Part shown: positions 59,843-64,000 of the stretch, piece after piece
Layout of the letters: every line of letters begins with the position of its first letter
Numbering within the stretch: position 1 is the first letter of the stretch
NCBI GenBank assembly: GCA_943788915.1
Contig: CALSSD010000005.1
Location: forward strand, 496,001 to 560,000
Reading direction: 5' to 3'
DNA: 64,000 nucleotides
From: an uncultured Acidimicrobiales bacterium
Lineage (GTDB): Bacteria; Actinomycetota; Acidimicrobiia; Acidimicrobiales; UBA10347
The notes under the pieces: generated by a model
Told to the model about the DNA's origin: nothing
Database searches by the model: none
The model's input: the letters and a program-made list of their open reading frames with translations, nothing else
Position numbers and translations under genes: made by a program

Positions 59843-60304
59843 TCAGCGATTCGCGAGCAGCAGGTCGGCGGTGACTTCGAGATGGCCCAGGTGTTGGGCC
59901 AGTTCCTCATATGCATGGATGAGTGCCGCACCGACCGTCCACTCGCCTGCGAGCGGTATCTGGGTCTTTGGGATCTCGGTTAGTTCCGTCGCTGCTGCGA
60001 GTACAGGGCGACGATCAGTGAGCAGTGCAAGCCAGTCGGCGATGGCGGCGTGCAGTTCAGCCACAGAACCCGATGCAGCGAACTCGTCGGAACGCACCCG
60101 ATGCGATTCGTCGCCAGCCACCATGTGCCCGACCCACCATTCGCACGCGCCCAAGATGTGGGTAACGAGTGCATACGGTGTGCTGCCACCGGTGTGAGGC
60201 GGGTGCTGATTGATCAGCTCATCACCAAGCCGGTCTACTACCGCCAAGACGCCGTCGAATGAACGTCGGCAAAACACTTCGAAGTCGTCAAGCGTGATGG
60301 TCAT
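59843..60304 (-). CDS. DinB / DUF664 family protein
   Basis: STPYALVTH....E.WW, R..EF, LIH.YEELAQHLGHLE...D. Confidence 0.82.
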   Translation of the reverse strand: MTITLDDFEVFCRRSFDGVLAVVDRLGDELINQHPPHTGGSTPYALVTHILGACEWWVGHMVAGDESHRVRSDEFAASGSVAELHAAIADWLALLTDRRPVLAAATELTEIPKTQIPLAGEWTVGAALIHAYEELAQHLGHLEVTADLLLANR

Positions 60305-60366
60305 GAAGGGGGAATGGTTATGGCTGCAAGCGTGATCGGCATACACAGCAAGGTAGCTTCACAACT

Positions 60367-61182
60367 GTGAGCGAACAGCAAGAGCCTGCCGACGTCAGTT
60401 GCGTCTTCGACCTCGAAACCCATGGGCCCGACGTATGGGTCGGCCAGAGCCCCGACTATCCGTGGGGCCGCATCTTCGGCGGACTGGTCATTGCCCAGGC
60501 ACTGTGGGCCGCCACCCAGACCGTTGCCGACGAACATGTACTGCACTCGATGCACAGCTATTTCATCCTTGGCGGCAATCCGGCTGAGCCAGTTCGGTAC
60601 GAAGTCGATCGCATCCGCAACGGTCGTTCATTCTCGACCCGTCGTGTCGTGGCTCGCCAGAGCGGCGGCGCAATCTTCAACCTGTCGTGTTCATTCCAGC
60701 GACATGAAGAAGGTGTCGAAACCCAGACAGCCATCTTCCCCACCGACGCACCCGATCCAACCACGATCGAGTCATACCGTGAGGGCGCTGGCGTCGACCG
60801 TTGCGATGTAGAGCTCGAAGGCAACCAACCGCGGTCACTTGTGTGGGCGCGTTACCCGGGCGTTCTCAGCGACGACCCTCGGATTCACCTGTGTGCGCTG
60901 GCCTATCTCAGCGACAGCAACGCGATGGAAGCAGTTGCCCATGCACACCCGAAGGGCATGCCCGAAGACCACGAATCCTGGGACGAGACGTACATGACCG
61001 CCAGCCTGGATCACGCCATGTGGTTCCATCGCCCGGTCAATGCCAACGACTGGCTGCTCTTCGACATGGACGGCCACGGCATCCTCCGCACCCGAGGCCT
61101 GAGCACCGGCCATGTCTTCGCCGCCGACGGCACCCACATCGCCACCATCGCCCAGGAAGGCCTGATCCGCGAAGCTACGTGA
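60367..61182 (+). CDS. tesB: Acyl-CoA thioesterase II
   Basis: RIFGG.VIAQAL, HSMHSYF, RNGRSFSTR.V.A.Q, LAYLSD, ASLDHAMWFH, QEGLIR. Confidence 0.93.
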   Translation: MSEQQEPADVSCVFDLETHGPDVWVGQSPDYPWGRIFGGLVIAQALWAATQTVADEHVLHSMHSYFILGGNPAEPVRYEVDRIRNGRSFSTRRVVARQSGGAIFNLSCSFQRHEEGVETQTAIFPTDAPDPTTIESYREGAGVDRCDVELEGNQPRSLVWARYPGVLSDDPRIHLCALAYLSDSNAMEAVAHAHPKGMPEDHESWDETYMTASLDHAMWFHRPVNANDWLLFDMDGHGILRTRGLSTGHVFAADGTHIATIAQEGLIREAT

Positions 61183-61348
61183 TGCTGGGAGCCTGTTCAC
61201 CGTCGCACATATCAGCCTCTAGCGCGACGGCGGTCCCGCCCTCCGAGGCGATCAGGTCAACGGTCTCTTGTGCCGACGCCAGGACTCGGTCCACGGCGAG
61301 GACCTTCGCCGTTTCACGGGCGAATAGCAGCGCAGTGGCCCGACCGTG
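61175..61348 (-). pseudogene. SDR N-terminal fragment (gene remnant)
   Basis: Reads HGRATALLFARETAKVLAVDRVLASAQETVDLIASEGGTAVALEADMCDGEQAPSIT*, a Rossmann-fold segment with no start and no catalytic half. Not in the ORF track. Confidence 0.75.
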
Positions 61349-61544
61349 GTTCGTTCAGGATCACCCACCCATCGCTCTCGACTGCGTGAGAGCACGGGGC
61401 CACCGACTCGAAGCCGTCAGCGAGTCATGAAGGACTCGGGCTCCATATCGCCGAGCCTAGGTGGAGGCGTGGAGTGTTGCGGGCGCTCGCTACGAGGCGA
61501 TGCGATTTCCAACCGCATTTTTGCTGCACCGTTAGAGTTCGCAC

Positions 61545-62444
61545 ATGGCACCACTGTTGCGAGCACAAGCAAGCGGCCCCGCCGCACTACGAGCACTCCT
61601 TGTTACTGGGCAGGAAACAAAACAACCGCTCGTGTTGCCAGGTTGTTACGACGCCCTCGGTGCCCGGCTGATCGAACAGGCCGACTTCAGTGCTGTGTAC
61701 ATGACCGGCTTCGGCACAACGGCATCGTTGCTCGGTCGTCCTGACGTCGGGCTGCTGGGCATGACCGAAATGGTCGACAACGCCCGACGTATCACCTCGG
61801 CGGTCGACCTCCCTGTGGTTGCAGATGCCGACACCGGCTACGGCAACCAGATCAATGTGATCCGCACCGTGCAGCAATACGAACGGGCCGGCATCGCTGG
61901 CATGCATATCGAGGATCAGATCCTGCCCAAGAAGTGCGGCCATATGGAGAACAAGCAGGTTGTCGACGCCAATGTCATGACCGCCAAGGTTGCCGCTGCC
62001 GCAGCTGCACGGACCGATGAGGACTTCGTGATCATCGCCCGTACCGACTCTCGTGCCGAACACGGTCTCGACGAGGCCATCCGCCGGGCATCAGCCTGTG
62101 CCGAGGCCGGCGCCGATGTGCTTTTCGTCGAGGCTCTCCAAGGCGAGGACGAGATCGAACGAGTCGCCGCCGAATTCAGTGGCATGCCGTTGTTGTTCAA
62201 CTGGGTCGAGGGCGGCAAGACACCGCCGCTCAGCTACGACGAGATCGCATCCCTCGGCTATTCGATCATTTTGATGCCGATCATGACGCTGCTCGCCGCC
62301 ACCGCTGCCATGCAACAGGCGCTTGCCCAGCTCAAGGAAGCCGGCACACCCACTCCGTTTGTGTCCGAGCTCATGAGCTTCGACGAATTCACCGACCTGA
62401 TCGGCTTGCCCGAAATCAACGACCTCGAAGCCAGGTTCTCGTAA
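61545..62444 (+). CDS. Isocitrate lyase / PEP mutase family lyase (methylisocitrate or dimethylmalate lyase-like)
   Basis: YDALGARL, YMTG, G.PD.GL, ADADTGYG, HIEDQ..PKKCGH, IIARTD, GADVLFVE, GGKTP. Confidence 0.92.
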   Translation: MAPLLRAQASGPAALRALLVTGQETKQPLVLPGCYDALGARLIEQADFSAVYMTGFGTTASLLGRPDVGLLGMTEMVDNARRITSAVDLPVVADADTGYGNQINVIRTVQQYERAGIAGMHIEDQILPKKCGHMENKQVVDANVMTAKVAAAAAARTDEDFVIIARTDSRAEHGLDEAIRRASACAEAGADVLFVEALQGEDEIERVAAEFSGMPLLFNWVEGGKTPPLSYDEIASLGYSIILMPIMTLLAATAAMQQALAQLKEAGTPTPFVSELMSFDEFTDLIGLPEINDLEARFS

Positions 62445-62470
62445 CTGCTGGACTGTGGCATGGTTGGCTC

Positions 62471-63415
62471 ATGACCTGGTTTGGTGACGTATTTGGCTTC
62501 GAAGAATCGAGCGAGAACATCGATCGTCACATCACGATCGATGGCGGCCACATGCACTCGGGCGGGAATGGCCGCACGTTCAGGAGCGGCACGCTCTCGG
62601 TGCCCACGCTCGATGAGTTACGAGACGAGGCTGATGCTGTGGCAGACCAGGTGCCGGGTTCGCTGAGGATCCGCGAGGTTGTAGCCGATGCCCAGGCGCT
62701 TCATATCGACCCGGCGAATGCGGGCGCGCTGTTTCAGGTCGCGTCCCAATGCAATCTGCTGGAGATGGCGTCGCCCGACGCAACCCCCGCCAACGGCATC
62801 ACCATCTACGAGTACGACCACACCCAAGGACCAGCATGCGCTATCGCATGTGCCGCTGGCACCTTGCAGCGGAACTGGTTCGCCCAGTCGACAGAAGATC
62901 AAGTCGACACGCTGGCCGCGGTTGGCAAGGACCTCGGCAATCGTTCAGACCACAACGGCTATGGCCACTTCTGGGAGATGCGTAATGGTTATGCGCTCTT
63001 GACCGGTGCGGTTCCCGACGATGTGCCCGAGGCCCACGACGAACTAGCGATCGGCATCCACGCCGACACCGAGGTGACGCTTGCAGGCGCCGGCCACACT
63101 GTTACCCAGGCATATTGCAGCGCGCTACCACTTGGCTACTCGTCGGTCGACACGGACCAAGTCGCGCCGCTCGCTCGCATGGTTCTCAACTCGTCGTACG
63201 AGGCAACACTCGCCGCTGGAGCGATCAACGCGGCACGCTCCGGCAACAACACCGTGTGGCTCACACTCGTTGGCGGCGGCGTCTTCCATAACCCCATCAC
63301 ATGGATCGTCGACGCCATCGAACGAGCATGCAACCTCTATGCCGACATCGACTTGGACATCGCCATCGTCAGCTACCGCAACTCGAACCCAGCACTAAGC
63401 AGACTGCTGGGCTAA
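62471..63415 (+). CDS. Conserved hypothetical protein, putative macrodomain/PARG-like fold
   Basis: WF..VFGFEE, LFQVASQCNLLEM, YEYDHTQGPACA, CSALP, SYEATL, LTLVGGGVFHN. Confidence 0.6.
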   Translation: MTWFGDVFGFEESSENIDRHITIDGGHMHSGGNGRTFRSGTLSVPTLDELRDEADAVADQVPGSLRIREVVADAQALHIDPANAGALFQVASQCNLLEMASPDATPANGITIYEYDHTQGPACAIACAAGTLQRNWFAQSTEDQVDTLAAVGKDLGNRSDHNGYGHFWEMRNGYALLTGAVPDDVPEAHDELAIGIHADTEVTLAGAGHTVTQAYCSALPLGYSSVDTDQVAPLARMVLNSSYEATLAAGAINAARSGNNTVWLTLVGGGVFHNPITWIVDAIERACNLYADIDLDIAIVSYRNSNPALSRLLG

Positions 63416-63525
63416 GGCTTGGCGCTGTTCGTCTTTCTGGGTTTCTGGGTTTCTGACATTTCAAACATCCGCGTCTAGCTGCGTCCTGCGCCGCCTCGAT
63501 CGGCTGAACATCTATGAGCCGCAGC

Positions 63526-64000
63526 TCAGTGGCCGGGGTCGACACCCATCAGTTCGTACAGCTTGGCTGCGTTGAAGCCGGGCTGCTGGCTGGCGTTGAT
63601 CAACACGGCTTCCTTCGCTGCAATGTCAGCTGCGGCCTGGGGAACCTGGTCAGCAACCTCGATAGGAATCACGACCGCTCCGTGCTGGTCAGCATGGATC
63701 AAGTCGCCAGGTTCGACATGCATGCCGAGCACCTCGACCGGCACGTTGTACTCCTCGACCCGGACCCAGGCATGCGACGGGCCGGGCATGCCGGCCAACA
63801 GTTGGAAACCTTCGGCCGAGTCGGGAAGATCACGGATGCTGCCATTGGTGATTACACCGAGCGAACCCAGGCCCTTGTGGATGTTGGTGTTGACCTCGCC
63901 CCACCATGCGCCGTAGCCCGGGATCTCGTCGATGTCCTCGATCACGGTGATGGTCGGGCCGGGGCCCTCGCCGATGTGTTCGTAGTACGCCAGCCGGATG
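63526..64000 (-). CDS. RraA / HMG-CHA aldolase family protein, 5'-truncated by the window edge
   Basis: GAWWGEV, GVITNGSIRD, PGDLIHADQHGAVVIP; the frame runs to the window end. Confidence 0.88.
   Translation of the reverse strand, partial: IRLAYYEHIGEGPGPTITVIEDIDEIPGYGAWWGEVNTNIHKGLGSLGVITNGSIRDLPDSAEGFQLLAGMPGPSHAWVRVEEYNVPVEVLGMHVEPGDLIHADQHGAVVIPIEVADQVPQAAADIAAKEAVLINASQQPGFNAAKLYELMGVDPGH

Overview
A gene-dense, GC-rich bacterial chromosome segment with about 60 CDS. The gene set suggests Actinomycetota, probably Acidimicrobiia (inference): five luciferase-like (LLM) oxidoreductases, an F420H2-dependent Ddn-type reductase, a septum-formation-domain lipoprotein and a remnant of an LPxTG-like anchor. 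Most genes are metabolic: an acyl-CoA carboxylase alpha/beta pair, SDRs, enoyl-CoA hydratases, an acyl-CoA ligase, tesB, pgi and tadA. I found no rRNA, tRNA, CRISPR array, transposase or integrase. Points of interest: (1) a Pycsar-effector-family (DUF5706) membrane gene with no cyclase beside it, followed by a frameshifted 7-blade beta-propeller lipoprotein; (2) a NicX-like dioxygenase / hydrolase / YciI / FAD monooxygenase operon for probable N-heteroaromatic catabolism, carrying two REP-like palindromes; (3) coxS-coxM coupled with no large subunit; (4) a Na/Pi transporter-PhoU-CYTH phosphate module; (5) a MacAB-like exporter flanked by two paralogous 4-Cys lipoproteins; (6) a Tat-lipoprotein DyP peroxidase coupled to a divergent queuosine-salvage hydrolase; (7) a cytochrome c lacking the usual distal Met; (8) a putative macrodomain/PARG-like protein; (9) four disrupted genes and at least two gene remnants, plus short tandem duplications that recur at gene ends. 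All family calls come from motifs recognised by eye; no database search was run.
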